From: Patescibacteria group bacterium
GTDB lineage: Bacteria > Patescibacteriota > Minisyncoccia > Phycocordibacterales > Phycocordibacteraceae
DNA length: 64,000 nucleotides
Reading direction: 5' to 3'
NCBI GenBank assembly: GCA_038064495.1
Contig: JBBTSZ010000002.1
Location: 216,934 to 280,933 of the forward strand
Below the pieces are notes generated by a model. That model was not told the origin of the DNA. It did not search any database and saw nothing but the letters and a program-made list of their open reading frames with translations. This document shows, piece by piece, positions 1-9,418 of this stretch (its first letter is position 1; each line of letters starts with the position of its first letter). A program made the position numbers and the translations under genes.

Positions 1-6
1 CTTTTT

Positions 7-1017
7 ATGAAAGTGAGATGGGCCGAGCGTCTCACCGAGCCGGACGATGAGACACAACTTCTTGCACTCATGCTGTGGAATGAAGCAAAAGAGCGGAGCA
101 TCACCGTCGAAGAGGTTCGCTTGTTCGGACTTCCTCGCAACATCTTTGTTGCAACACTCGCAAATGGCCGGCGTATTTCGTACGAAGGTATACCACTTCC
201 AGCAAGCTCGGTATCTCGAGTACCTTGGTTGGACGATAAGGAAAAGTTGAAGAAGGAATTTACGAAGCGTGGACTGCCGGTAGCGGAGGGTGGAACGGCG
301 CGAACACTTAGCGAAGCGAAGCGGATTTTCCGAAAACTTTCAGCTCCAGTGATTGTGAAGCCGTATTCTGGGTCTGGTTCACGTCACACGGTGCTTCACG
401 TAGATACGGAAGAAAAACTAAAAACAGCCTTTGAAATTGCGAAGCAGATTTGTCCGGCCGCAGTGATTGAAGAAGAACTCGTGGGGCCGGTCTATCGCGC
501 TACGGTGGTGGATGGCGTGCTTGAAGCAACGCTCAGACGGGACCAACCCCATGTGCTCGGCGACGGTATACATACGATAGAAACGTTAGTGAAAGCGGCC
601 AACGAGAATCCGAAGCGAAAGGGACCTTACTTCCACGAACTTTCACTGGATGCACTTGCTGACGAAGAACTTGCCTGGCAATCCCTTACTCGCACGAGTG
701 TACCGGAGAAGGAACAACGCGTACTCCTTCATCAAAAGATAAACTGGAGTGTGGGTGGTACCACGGCTGACGTCACGGACGATGTACATCCGGACAACCG
801 CGAACTTTTTGAGCGCGTTGCAAAGGAGCTCAAAGCGTCCATCGTTGGTATTGATTTCATCATTTCCGACGTCGCTCGCTCATGGAAGGAGACGGAGCGG
901 TGTGGAATTATTGAATGCAACTCCATGCCGTTTTTTGATAATCACCACTTACCGTTTGAAGGTAAGCCCCGTAATGTAGCAGCGAAAATCTGGGACATGA
1001 TAGAACGCTCTAAGTAA
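7..1017 (+). CDS. ATP-grasp domain protein, cyanophycin-synthetase N-terminal-like; may be 5'-truncated by the window edge
   Basis: Motifs VIVKPYSGSGSRHTV and GGTTADVTDDVHPDN resemble the CphA ATP-grasp domain. No Mur-ligase C-domain in the ORF. Confidence 0.55.
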   Translation: MKVRWAERLTEPDDETQLLALMLWNEAKERSITVEEVRLFGLPRNIFVATLANGRRISYEGIPLPASSVSRVPWLDDKEKLKKEFTKRGLPVAEGGTARTLSEAKRIFRKLSAPVIVKPYSGSGSRHTVLHVDTEEKLKTAFEIAKQICPAAVIEEELVGPVYRATVVDGVLEATLRRDQPHVLGDGIHTIETLVKAANENPKRKGPYFHELSLDALADEELAWQSLTRTSVPEKEQRVLLHQKINWSVGGTTADVTDDVHPDNRELFERVAKELKASIVGIDFIISDVARSWKETERCGIIECNSMPFFDNHHLPFEGKPRNVAAKIWDMIERSK

Positions 1018-2491
1018 GATTGTTTGTATAAAGCGTCGGTACAAGTTTCTCAGAGAGGCCAAGTACCGTTTCCATATCGCTATAGGTGAGCGCGGCGAGG
1101 TCAGATTCGCGTGCAGCACCGGCCACACTGACTCGATAGAGATCAGGATGCATGAGTGAGTGGGCTTCCTCAAGGGTGAGTTGTTCAGCAGCTTCTATAA
1201 AACGAGTCCAGGAAGTTTCGGTGCTGTAGAGAGCAAAATCTAACCCAGTAGCCGGTACATGTTTTCCATCAGCTTCCAGAAGGCCGATAATAAACTCCCC
1301 ACAGAGGTTTTTAGTGAAGTCGTCATCCGGAGCGGGAGGAAGTGAAAATACCTTTCGGTAGGCAAGTTCAAACTCAGTGAGATAGTTCACCTGACTAAAC
1401 CCTCCGAGGCATTTGAGCCCGTAATACTGAGAGAGAGTCATCAGGGAGAGCATCATGCTCGGAATCAGAATCTGTGCAGCCAAAAGTGCTCCAATACCTT
1501 CAGGCGTGAGAGGCACTACGTATGTTCCATCTGTTGAGACAAGCTCAGCGCCGTTCCGTATGAGTGCAATACGCGCTCGCGCACCTTCCGGTAGATACCA
1601 GAAATGAAAGGTCCCGCGGTGCTCCTTCCGCGAGAAGGCACTCGGTAGTCCATCAAACTCTACTTCAACCTTATTTAGGATTTCTGCGTCAAACAAGAAT
1701 TGATGGAGTTCGGTAGGAGCATCGAGATGGTGCTTCAGCAACAATCGTATACACACTTCTTCAATACTGAGCGTAATAAGTCGTGGAAGCCTCGTCTCAC
1801 TGAAACTGTTTTGCCAGAGTGCCTCGTTCGTTATCGTAATCTGACTTGCGAAGTTTGAAGCTGAGAGAGCTTCAGGTGTTCCGTAGATTTCTTGTAAAAG
1901 TGTACTCACGTTCTTGGTAAGTTTTGGACTGAGTCCCATGCTATTGAGGGAATGCTGCATGCGCTCAAGGTCCTGGGCAGTGTACGCACGAAAACGAAAC
2001 ACGGGGGAGAGGCGTTCAGAGGCAGGGAAGAAGTGGAGGCGATGCTCCGTTCCGAGTTCATCATGAAAAAGGAGCGAACGCGGAAAGGAAGAATTGCCCA
2101 GTGAGACATTACTACACGCAAGCACGAGGGTGTTTTCATGTGACGCTCTCGAAGCCTCTACCTGAGGACTCGCTGCAAGCAGATTGGCATGTACGAAAAA
2201 AGGGTGCATGAGAGGACCGTGATGGTCGGTGGTTGAAGCGTAGTAGTGTTCCGTGAGTTGTCTTTCAATACTTTCTCTCGCTTCCTTTCCGAGAAGTTCT
2301 TGGGTGAGAGCGGTAATTTCTGCAATACATTCTTCTTTTCGCTTCGCATCCGTGACTCGAGTATTCACCGCGTACCCTTTCGCATAGTCAAAGGCGCTCA
2401 TAGCACCCTTTGTTTCAAGTATCGTTTTCAAGACAGGCCGATTTTTGAGTACCGCGCTCCGTAGGCGCGTAAACTGTTCGGCAGAAATCAT
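1010..2491 (-). CDS. hypothetical protein (493 aa), convergent with and overlapping the end of the ATP-grasp gene
   Basis: Long uninterrupted ORF with protein-like composition; no family recognised. Confidence 0.5.
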   Translation of the reverse strand: MISAEQFTRLRSAVLKNRPVLKTILETKGAMSAFDYAKGYAVNTRVTDAKRKEECIAEITALTQELLGKEARESIERQLTEHYYASTTDHHGPLMHPFFVHANLLAASPQVEASRASHENTLVLACSNVSLGNSSFPRSLLFHDELGTEHRLHFFPASERLSPVFRFRAYTAQDLERMQHSLNSMGLSPKLTKNVSTLLQEIYGTPEALSASNFASQITITNEALWQNSFSETRLPRLITLSIEEVCIRLLLKHHLDAPTELHQFLFDAEILNKVEVEFDGLPSAFSRKEHRGTFHFWYLPEGARARIALIRNGAELVSTDGTYVVPLTPEGIGALLAAQILIPSMMLSLMTLSQYYGLKCLGGFSQVNYLTEFELAYRKVFSLPPAPDDDFTKNLCGEFIIGLLEADGKHVPATGLDFALYSTETSWTRFIEAAEQLTLEEAHSLMHPDLYRVSVAGAARESDLAALTYSDMETVLGLSEKLVPTLYTNNLT

Positions 2492-2641
2492 GAGGCCACT
2501 CTAGCACGCTCAATTGTGCTGTTGCGCTCACCCTTTGCGCCCTATATACTAAGGGGGTAGGTCGATTGCCAGCCAATAAATATTGGACGGCTTATTTTTT
2601 TGGCGTTATAGCCGGAAGTAAGCTGTTCTCCCTAAAACACT

Positions 2642-2772
2642 ATGGATGAGATGAACAATGACCAGGTTATGGGCGACGAGCAGGAGACTGCTGCCGCTAT
2701 GCCTGCAGAAGAGGCTATGGAGACCGAAGCGGCTCCTGAGGTCGCTGAGGAGACTGGCGAGGAGGCTGCATA
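2642..2772 (+). CDS. small acidic ORF (43 aa, MDEMNNDQVMGDEQET...), speculative
   Basis: Short ORF followed by a strong hairpin terminator; no clear RBS. Confidence 0.2.
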
Positions 2773-2793
2773 AGCCACTCGACAATCGAACAG

Positions 2794-2830
2794 AAAACCC
2801 GCACCTAGGTGCGGGTTTTCTGTTTTCTGG
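2794..2830. terminator. hairpin AAAACCCGCACC-tag-GGTGCGGGTTTT plus T-rich tail; bidirectional, between the small ORF and trxB
   Basis: Perfect 12-bp inverted repeat seen in the sequence. Confidence 0.6.
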
Positions 2831-2961
2831 CGTGAGTTGCGCGGGGATCAGAATCTTCCTATACAAGGCACGGGGAAGTATCCGAAGTAGGCGTATATGG
2901 TATACGACGGATGAGGGTGCTGGGACCCGTAACGAAGTAGAGAAAGATTCTGGCCATGTGC

Positions 2962-3909
2962 CTAGCGGGTCATGAGCCACTGGTAAATATCTTCCAAAGC
3001 CTTCACTGCATCTCCCGCAGCAATATTGTTTTGATGATAGAGCTCGTCGGTACAATCACCTGCAGCCCAGATGCCCGCAATGCTCGTGTGTTGGTTCTTT
3101 GGATCGGTAACGACACGGCCGACACTATCAAGTTCAAGGAAGTCTTTCGCAAAGTCAGTGTTTGGCATCACACCAATTTCTACGAACACACCTTCTACCG
3201 CGAGTGTGGTTTCAACACCTGAGTCGCGGTGCTTCACTTTGAGACCTGTTACAAACTTCTCACCGAGCACCTCGGTTGGCTCACTCTTATAGATAACCTT
3301 GAAGTTTGGATTCTTGGTAAGACGCTCCACCGTAATTTCGTCCCCTTTGAGTGCATCATGACGATGGATGAGCGTAACGCTCTTACAGTAGGCAAGGAGC
3401 TGAGCGGCCGTTTCTAGACCTGCGTTCCCGCCACCTACGACTGCGACATCAAGATCTGCATAGAGAGGTCCATCACAGGAAGCACAATAGGTGACTCCTT
3501 TGTTTTCAAATACGTCAGCACCCGGAATAGCGAGCTTCCTGCGAGCGGCACCAGAAGCAACAAGGACGGAACGTGCAGAAAGGACTTTCCCATCACGAGT
3601 GGTGACTTTAAAAGCACCGTTATCCTTCTCTAGTTTTTCCACTCGGTCACCTTCTACAACTTCTACAATCTCTCCTTTATATGCCTCAAGGTGTGTCTTG
3701 AAGGAATGAGCGAGCTCACTCCCGGGGATTTTAATCGTACCAATCCAGTTTTCAATTCCTTCTGATACGGTGGACTGTCCACCGATTTCTTCTGCTATTA
3801 AAACAGACTTGAGACGCTTACGCGCAGCGTAGACACCGGCGGACACACCCGCGGGTCCTCCGCCAATAATGATGAGGTCATGCATAGTCTCCCGAGTATA
3901 CCAAAACAC
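2962..3909 (-). CDS. trxB: thioredoxin-disulfide reductase
   Basis: GGGPAGVSAG FAD motif, CASC redox dicysteine, VVGGGNAGLE NAD motif. Confidence 0.9.
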   Translation of the reverse strand: MFWYTRETMHDLIIIGGGPAGVSAGVYAARKRLKSVLIAEEIGGQSTVSEGIENWIGTIKIPGSELAHSFKTHLEAYKGEIVEVVEGDRVEKLEKDNGAFKVTTRDGKVLSARSVLVASGAARRKLAIPGADVFENKGVTYCASCDGPLYADLDVAVVGGGNAGLETAAQLLAYCKSVTLIHRHDALKGDEITVERLTKNPNFKVIYKSEPTEVLGEKFVTGLKVKHRDSGVETTLAVEGVFVEIGVMPNTDFAKDFLELDSVGRVVTDPKNQHTSIAGIWAAGDCTDELYHQNNIAAGDAVKALEDIYQWLMTR

Positions 3910-3920
3910 TTTAGTTCTGT

Positions 3921-3969
3921 ATAAAAAAACAAAACCGCACCAGGGCTTACGTGAGTAAGGTGGTGCGGT
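3921..3969 (-). terminator. hairpin ACCGCACC...GGTGCGGT with A-run (T-run on minus strand) downstream of the 3994..4305 gene
   Basis: 8-bp stem with long loop and flanking poly-A/T. Confidence 0.5.
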
Positions 3970-3993
3970 CAGCGAACGATTTAGTGAGTTGGC

Positions 3994-4305
3994 TTAGTAT
4001 GCGACGGTCAGCCTTGCCTTCCGTTTATCATGGATTCCGCCCACAATGACGACGGCAGGAATCCAGGCCATGAAGGCGCCGTAGAAGGCGAGACCGAATT
4101 GACCAGTGGCGTAGCCGACGAGGAGTGCGATAATCAAGAGAACGGCAAGCGTCTTCATGATGAACTGCGATGCCTCTCCTTGTTCGCGATTCCAATCTTC
4201 AATCTCAGAAGTGCTCATTGAATTGCACATAGTACCGGTCCTTTTTTGAGGTTGCGGTGGGAACTCACCTAAGGTAATCATAGCATGAACGTATAGACTT
4301 GTCAA
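3994..4305 (-). CDS. small membrane protein, hypothetical
   Basis: Two hydrophobic helices (LAVLLIIALLVGY, AWIPAVVIVGGI). Confidence 0.4.
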   Translation of the reverse strand: MTSLYVHAMITLGEFPPQPQKRTGTMCNSMSTSEIEDWNREQGEASQFIMKTLAVLLIIALLVGYATGQFGLAFYGAFMAWIPAVVIVGGIHDKRKARLTVAY

Positions 4306-4477
4306 CTTTCTTATTAGAATTGGGAGGAAACACGGAAATCCATAAAAGAAAACTCCGCAAGGGGCTTTCAGAGCAGAGCGAGGAGTGTTAGTGCGGAAGA
4401 GTAGAGTAGTTGATCGAGCATGGTGTTTTGGTATTTCTATGCGTCTCCGCTATACCAAAACTCGAACGCGGAACTGA

Positions 4478-4503
4478 GAGAGCCACCGGCTGGGGTGGCT
4501 CTC
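4478..4503 (-). terminator. perfect 10-bp hairpin GAGAGCCACC/GGTGGCTCTC after the ftsZ stop
   Basis: Inverted repeat 30 nt downstream of the ftsZ stop codon. Confidence 0.5.
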
Positions 4504-4532
4504 GCTCTTTCGCACTTGCACTCCGAGTGGAG

Positions 4533-5819
4533 TTATTTCTTGTGGCGGCGGAGGAAACTTGGAATAGCCCCCCACGCCTCATCATCCTCCTGGGGAGTGG
4601 CTGATGCTGACGGAGGCGTAACTGATTTACCTGAAGGCGTCTCGTCACGAGGTTTCGGCTGTGCGGTCACAATAGGCTCCTCACGGCGCATAGACTCGCG
4701 AACGGGCTCATCCTCTGCCGGTGCGGGAGCAGGGGCCTCCTCGGAGTTGTGACGGCGCATAACGTCTCCAAAGATTTTACTCCTCGCATCCTCATCTTTG
4801 AGTGGCATAGCAAAGAGAGAACGCTCTACGCCCGTAACAGAAGAGGTGTCGCTGCTCTCAGACTCTGGGAAGCCAGTTGCAATAACAATGATGCGGATTT
4901 GGCCTTTCTTGAGCTTCTCATCACGCATGATACCGAAGATAACCTTCGCGTTTTTATCAACGGAGTCACCAATAACCTTGGCTGCTTCTTGAACCTCAAG
5001 GATGCCAAGATCGTCGCTACCCGCGACCACAAAGAGCACGCCCTTTGCACCTGCAATAGAGACATCAAGAAGCGGGGAATTAACCGCCATAGCTGCTGCG
5101 TCCTGAGCACGACGGTCTCCGTCGGCAATACCAATACCCATGAGTGCAGGTCCTGCTCCTTCCATGATGGCTTTGATGTCGTTGAAGTCAGTGTTGATAT
5201 CTCCCGGTGTGGTGATGATGTCGGACACACCCTCAACCGCCTGGCGAAGGATTTCATCACAAAGTGCAAATGCATTCTTTGCCGTCGTCTGTGCTTCTAC
5301 GATAGCGAGGAGCTTGTCGTTTGGAATGACGATGAAAGCATCTACTTCCTTCTTGAGTTCTGCAAGACCGCGTTCGGCAATTTCTTTACGCTGTGCTCCT
5401 TCAAACGAAAATGGCTTGGTGACCACCGCAACAGTGAGTGCACCAAGCTCCTTGGACATCTTTGCAACAACCGCGGCCGCACCGGTTCCGGTACCACCAC
5501 CCATACCGCAGGTGATGAACACCATATCTGAACCCTGGAGGGCTTCCTGAATTTCCTGACGCGTTTCTTCTGCTGCTCGGCGACCGAGTTCTGGATTCAT
5601 GCCGGCCCCAAGTCCGCGCGTGAGATTCTTACCAATGTGGATTTTCCGCTTAGCGAGTGAGCGGTGGAGATCTTGGGCGTCCGTGTTTATGGCAAGGAAT
5701 TCAACGCCTTTCACCTTGGAATTAATCATGTGGTTCACGGCATTGTTGCCAGAACCTCCTACACCTACCACGCGGATGCGTGCAAAAGTCTCGATCTCGG
5801 GTTCAACGCGCTTGGACAT
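4533..5819 (-). CDS. ftsZ: cell division protein FtsZ
   Basis: Tubulin signature GGGTGTGAAAVVA, VVGVGGSGNNAV, and a C-terminal disordered tail. Confidence 0.95.
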   Translation of the reverse strand: MSKRVEPEIETFARIRVVGVGGSGNNAVNHMINSKVKGVEFLAINTDAQDLHRSLAKRKIHIGKNLTRGLGAGMNPELGRRAAEETRQEIQEALQGSDMVFITCGMGGGTGTGAAAVVAKMSKELGALTVAVVTKPFSFEGAQRKEIAERGLAELKKEVDAFIVIPNDKLLAIVEAQTTAKNAFALCDEILRQAVEGVSDIITTPGDINTDFNDIKAIMEGAGPALMGIGIADGDRRAQDAAAMAVNSPLLDVSIAGAKGVLFVVAGSDDLGILEVQEAAKVIGDSVDKNAKVIFGIMRDEKLKKGQIRIIVIATGFPESESSDTSSVTGVERSLFAMPLKDEDARSKIFGDVMRRHNSEEAPAPAPAEDEPVRESMRREEPIVTAQPKPRDETPSGKSVTPPSASATPQEDDEAWGAIPSFLRRHKK

Positions 5820-5911
5820 AGGTACTTAATTAGCCACAAAAGATAATGGGGTAATGATACCAGGGCACGCAATTACGCAAATATTGACAAAAAACGCAAT
5901 AATATCGCTAT

Positions 5912-7078
5912 TTATGGCAAGAATTGCTTGATAAATCGCTCAAATGAACTTCCAAGCCCACTAAATTTATGTGTCTTCGGAGTTTCGGTGTCGCCGGTAA
6001 GGCCCCAGAGTGCAAGACCGTAGGCAACGGCCCACATCGCGTCGCGGACTTTACTATCGGGAGCAACGCGCATGTCTGCGGTGCGTGAGGGAAGTGAAAG
6101 TGCGTTTTTTGCAATATCAATAATAGAAGCCTGTCCGCTTCCACCTCCAGAAATAATAATGCCGGCAGGAAGCACCCCTTTGCGTCCGAGCACTTTCAAA
6201 TGTTTATCAATGAGTTCAAACATCGTGCGCACTCGTGAAGCGATAACTTCTTCCACTTTCTTTCGTGGATACATAGAACCGCCAAGACGACCAAGTTTGA
6301 GACGTTCTGCGTCTTCAAGTGACATCTTAAAACCGAGTGCAAGGTCATCGGTCACATTACTGGAGCCAACCGGGAACACTTTTACGGAAATCGGTACTCC
6401 TTCGTCGTGCACCACAATAGAAACGGTTTCAGAGCCAATGTTTGCAAGGACACAGCCCTTCATTTTCTGGTCTTTCGTGAGGATGACGTAGGAGCCCGCA
6501 AGTGGGGAAGCCATGCGGTCAATGACCTCAATATCAGCAGCTTCGGTGGCAAGCGTGAGCGCCTGCTCGTGCTGAGCAAGGCAGGTAACAAAAAGATAGT
6601 CGGCCTCAAGACGCGTACCCTTCATGCCATGGGGTTCGCCAAGTGATTTCACTCCGTCCACACGGAACTCAAGTGGGATTTCGTGGAGAATTTTTTTATT
6701 TAAAAAATTGGGGGCAGCTGCCTCACGTGCAGCTTCACGTGTCTTCTCAATATCAAGTTCGGTAATCTCCTGGTCAGCGCGAGAAATGATGGTGGTTCCT
6801 GAAGCACGAGTTTCATCAAGCGAGACGCCTCCAACAGCGAGGAACCCTTTCTTAATAGGAAAACGCGCCATCTGTTCTGCCTGGTGCTTTGCTTGCCGCA
6901 CACTTTGCGCGACGTCTTCAATATCTACCACATAGCCGTGGCGCATGCCGGACGTAGCCGCAAGACCGGTACCAATGATTTGAACACCCCCGCCTTCAGT
7001 AGCAGGGAGCTCCTCTATCACCACGACCTTCGTGTGATGCGTTCCGATATCAATGCCGGTCGTGATACGCCTTGCCAT
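5912..7078 (-). CDS. ftsA: cell division protein FtsA
   Basis: Actin-like ATPase; IDIGTHHTKVVV N-terminus; located upstream of ftsZ. Confidence 0.9.
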   Translation of the reverse strand: MARRITTGIDIGTHHTKVVVIEELPATEGGGVQIIGTGLAATSGMRHGYVVDIEDVAQSVRQAKHQAEQMARFPIKKGFLAVGGVSLDETRASGTTIISRADQEITELDIEKTREAAREAAAPNFLNKKILHEIPLEFRVDGVKSLGEPHGMKGTRLEADYLFVTCLAQHEQALTLATEAADIEVIDRMASPLAGSYVILTKDQKMKGCVLANIGSETVSIVVHDEGVPISVKVFPVGSSNVTDDLALGFKMSLEDAERLKLGRLGGSMYPRKKVEEVIASRVRTMFELIDKHLKVLGRKGVLPAGIIISGGGSGQASIIDIAKNALSLPSRTADMRVAPDSKVRDAMWAVAYGLALWGLTGDTETPKTHKFSGLGSSFERFIKQFLP

Positions 7079-7469
7079 CAGGAGGTACTAGATTAATAAA
7101 ACGCTGAAGCAGCGCGCGTTCTTGCTTATCCATTGTAGCGCTGTGTGACATCCCCTTCAAATGCAGTAAACCGTGGATAAAAAGAAAACCGACCATCGCA
7201 GTGTAGGAAAAGCCATAGGAGCGAGCTTGTGAGCGCGCTACCTCAGGACAAATGATAATTTCGCCGCTTTTTTTACCACTTTCGTACGACAGTACATTCG
7301 GAACGTACTCTTTATTCCGTAAACGTTTGTTGAGTGAGCGCGCTCGAACACGTCCGGCAAACACGAGTGACAACTCCCAACTAGGAAGCACGGCTTTGAG
7401 AGCCTTTTCGTACGGGAAGGAGGGAGTTTTTCCTTTCGTGAAGTTTCGAATATCCAATTCTGCTTTCAT
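7050..7469 (-). CDS. ybeY: rRNA maturation endoribonuclease YbeY
   Basis: HGLLHLKGMSH zinc-binding H..LH..G..H motif; overlaps the ftsA start by 29 nt. Confidence 0.8.
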   Translation of the reverse strand: MKAELDIRNFTKGKTPSFPYEKALKAVLPSWELSLVFAGRVRARSLNKRLRNKEYVPNVLSYESGKKSGEIIICPEVARSQARSYGFSYTAMVGFLFIHGLLHLKGMSHSATMDKQERALLQRFINLVPPDGKAYHDRH

Positions 7470-7493
7470 GTATTTTGAATGTGTCTACGCAGC

Positions 7494-7577
7494 TTCAGAT
7501 GCGAGGCGCGGGAAGCTGAGGAACGCAAACGTATTCAGTATACGATGGAGTGAGGAAGCGGGACCCGCAACAAAGCA
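7494..7577. repeat. copy A of a roughly 85-nt repeated element (ttcagatgcgaggcgc...tatacgRtg...gcaacaaagcag), directly 3' of rpsU
   Basis: Shares a 16-mer, a central motif and a 12-mer terminus with the element at 12565..12647. Confidence 0.6.
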
Positions 7578-7601
7578 GCTGGAGCTGCTAGGCATGTTCA
7601 A

Positions 7602-7862
7602 CTAGCGGCGGCCTTTCGTTCGTCTTGCTGCCGGATCAATCTTTCCGAGTTTGACGAGCTCGTTGTATTCTCGCTTGCGCTCACCGGAAACGAGGGCGCG
7701 AGCATGGTCTACGTTCTTAGACTTCTGTCGGATGTAGTAGCGCTTCTTGCGCATCATGCGCACGAGGTTAAGCCCCTGCGCCCTGCGGGAGAAACGGCGA
7801 ATAAGCGAGGCTGCGCTCTCGTTCTTACCGCGACGCACCTCAACGCGTGTAGCGTTTGTCAT
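7602..7862 (-). CDS. rpsU: 30S ribosomal protein S21
   Basis: VEVRRGKNES..LIRRFSRR...RKKRYYIRQKS matches the bS21 pattern V.V..NES..AL.RF.R....R.KR.Y.K.S. Start trimmed to the internal Met. Confidence 0.65.
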   Translation of the reverse strand: MTNATRVEVRRGKNESAASLIRRFSRRAQGLNLVRMMRKKRYYIRQKSKNVDHARALVSGERKREYNELVKLGKIDPAARRTKGRR

Positions 7863-7973
7863 ATAAGCAAGAGAATAGCATACGGAGGCCGTTTTCTGCA
7901 ACCAAGCCCTAAATTGACACAGTTAGTGAGATACAGCAGGATGCGGGAGGAAGCTCATTGTAAGGAGGAAACG

Positions 7974-8816
7974 ATGAATATAGAGAATCCAGGTCGGGTT
8001 TTCGACCTTTCCTACGTTCCTCCTCGCAAGAAGGGGAAGAACAAGAAACCACCTGAGTTGGTTTTTACGACAACCTTCAACCACGGTCAAAAGACGGAGG
8101 AATGCATTTTTGAGAGTCGTATCTTTGAACGCGTCTCACCAGAGATATATTTGAAGACAAAAACACATTGGTCAGGTCAGCAAGCTGATCTATTTCCAGA
8201 AGTTCACGGACGCGGGTTTGGATTTGGTGGATGCGGATATGTTGTTGAGGCTGAAGACTTCCGTGAATATCATCTGCCACTGACTCCAACAACGGTGTAT
8301 CACGTCGCACTCACCGTTCATGTTTTCAGCATGGCTCTTGACTGGGTCACCACTGACGAAATGAAGGCTGAAAATAAGTCGAATCGTTTTCAGTTACTTA
8401 CGTTCGAGACATGGTGTGTTGCAAACAGGCAAGCGGGATGGGGACATGCTGTCCACGGTTCTGTCTTCCCAGCTTTTCGTCGGTGGCTAACGCTCACTGC
8501 CGAGAAGATGGATGAGAATTCCTCAATTTCTGAGGCAGAAGCGACGATGCGTACGGTATACAACTATCTGGGACATCCACTGGGAATGGGTTTCAATGAC
8601 CAATGTCGTGCGCGCCTGTATACCGACGGACGCTTTATTCTTGAATGTCCGGGTGATGCCTGTGATGTGGCTATTTATCCTGATTCTGACTATGGAGCCG
8701 AATCCGATATACCCACACCGTTTAGTTGTCACAACCTGGATCATGCTTGGCAGCAGCTCATTCTGCTTTCCGGACTTGCTGTTTTGCACGAGCTTGCGGT
8801 GAAGGACCTCGGCTGA
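7974..8816 (+). CDS. hypothetical protein (280 aa); start set at MNIENPGR behind the GGAGGA RBS
   Basis: The upstream part of the longer ORF overlaps rpsU. Strong RBS gtaaggaggaaacgATG; terminator follows. Confidence 0.5.
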   Translation: MNIENPGRVFDLSYVPPRKKGKNKKPPELVFTTTFNHGQKTEECIFESRIFERVSPEIYLKTKTHWSGQQADLFPEVHGRGFGFGGCGYVVEAEDFREYHLPLTPTTVYHVALTVHVFSMALDWVTTDEMKAENKSNRFQLLTFETWCVANRQAGWGHAVHGSVFPAFRRWLTLTAEKMDENSSISEAEATMRTVYNYLGHPLGMGFNDQCRARLYTDGRFILECPGDACDVAIYPDSDYGAESDIPTPFSCHNLDHAWQQLILLSGLAVLHELAVKDLG

Positions 8817-8824
8817 AAACTCTC

Positions 8825-8855
8825 GCCCCGCGCAGTGCGTGGGGCGTTTTCTTTT
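8825..8855 (+). terminator. hairpin CGCCCCGCGCA/TGCGTGGGGCG plus TTTTCTTTT
   Basis: Stem-loop plus T tract immediately after the 8816 stop. Confidence 0.6.
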
Positions 8856-8873
8856 GCGTACATAAAAATGTAA

Positions 8874-8901
8874 GGCCCGGTCGTCGAATGACGACCGGGC
8901 C
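8874..8901 (-). terminator. perfect 12-bp hairpin GGCCCGGTCGTC-gaat-GACGACCGGGCC downstream of the 8912..9388 gene
   Basis: Inverted repeat seen in the sequence. Confidence 0.5.
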
Positions 8902-8911
8902 CATATTCAAT

Positions 8912-9388
8912 TCAGCGTATCCGATGATACAGACAGCCCACCCCATTTCCGACAATCGTCATGCCGAGTATGAAGAACAAAAAACCTTCATCGTGGATGT
9001 GGAGCGCAGCAAGCACCGGCCAGACCTTGTTCAGCCAGAAGACCAGAATAAGTGCGCAGGTGACTGAAAAGCTCACATACAGGATGGTTCGATTTTCGAA
9101 CTTCCGCTTGTATTGACCCTCGGTGGCTCTGCGCATGGCGAAAAAATGAAGGACTGCCGGAACGACGAGTCCGATAACAACCGGAATCTTCCAGTAGACG
9201 AGTGGTTCAGCTGTAGTTGCGAACAGGACCTTGATGATCCAGAAGGATAGTGCGACAACCATAAAACCAAAGCCGATAGAGAAGTGGCCGACTGCAGGTG
9301 TGATGCGATCGAGTAGTGAGGACCTTCTTGAAATGAGCATAATCCATCTCCCAGACACTACCGGACCCCGGTGTGTTTCTAGCGACAA
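8912..9388 (-). CDS. integral membrane protein, hypothetical
   Basis: Four predicted hydrophobic helices. Confidence 0.45.
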   Translation of the reverse strand: MSLETHRGPVVSGRWIMLISRRSSLLDRITPAVGHFSIGFGFMVVALSFWIIKVLFATTAEPLVYWKIPVVIGLVVPAVLHFFAMRRATEGQYKRKFENRTILYVSFSVTCALILVFWLNKVWPVLAALHIHDEGFLFFILGMTIVGNGVGCLYHRIR

Positions 9389-9418
9389 TTATACCCTCTT
9401 AAGTTATTTTGTCAAAAA

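Noticed and set aside
4749-5531. 260-aa plus-strand ORF inside ftsZ, and similar long antisense ORFs (e.g. 9649..10395 in the HisRS-like gene, 12807..13379 in rpsA, 14738..15325, 31865..32329 and 32747..33307 in clpB, 23865..24287 in the SPFH gene, 45932..46555 in topA)
   Set aside because: These are shadow ORFs opposite well-supported conserved genes. Composition is Arg/Cys/His-rich and low-complexity, and there are no motifs.
7704-7973. N-terminal 90 codons of the 370-aa ORF 7704..8816
   Set aside because: They overlap rpsU on the opposite strand. A strong GGAGGA RBS precedes the internal Met at 7974, so the feature was trimmed.
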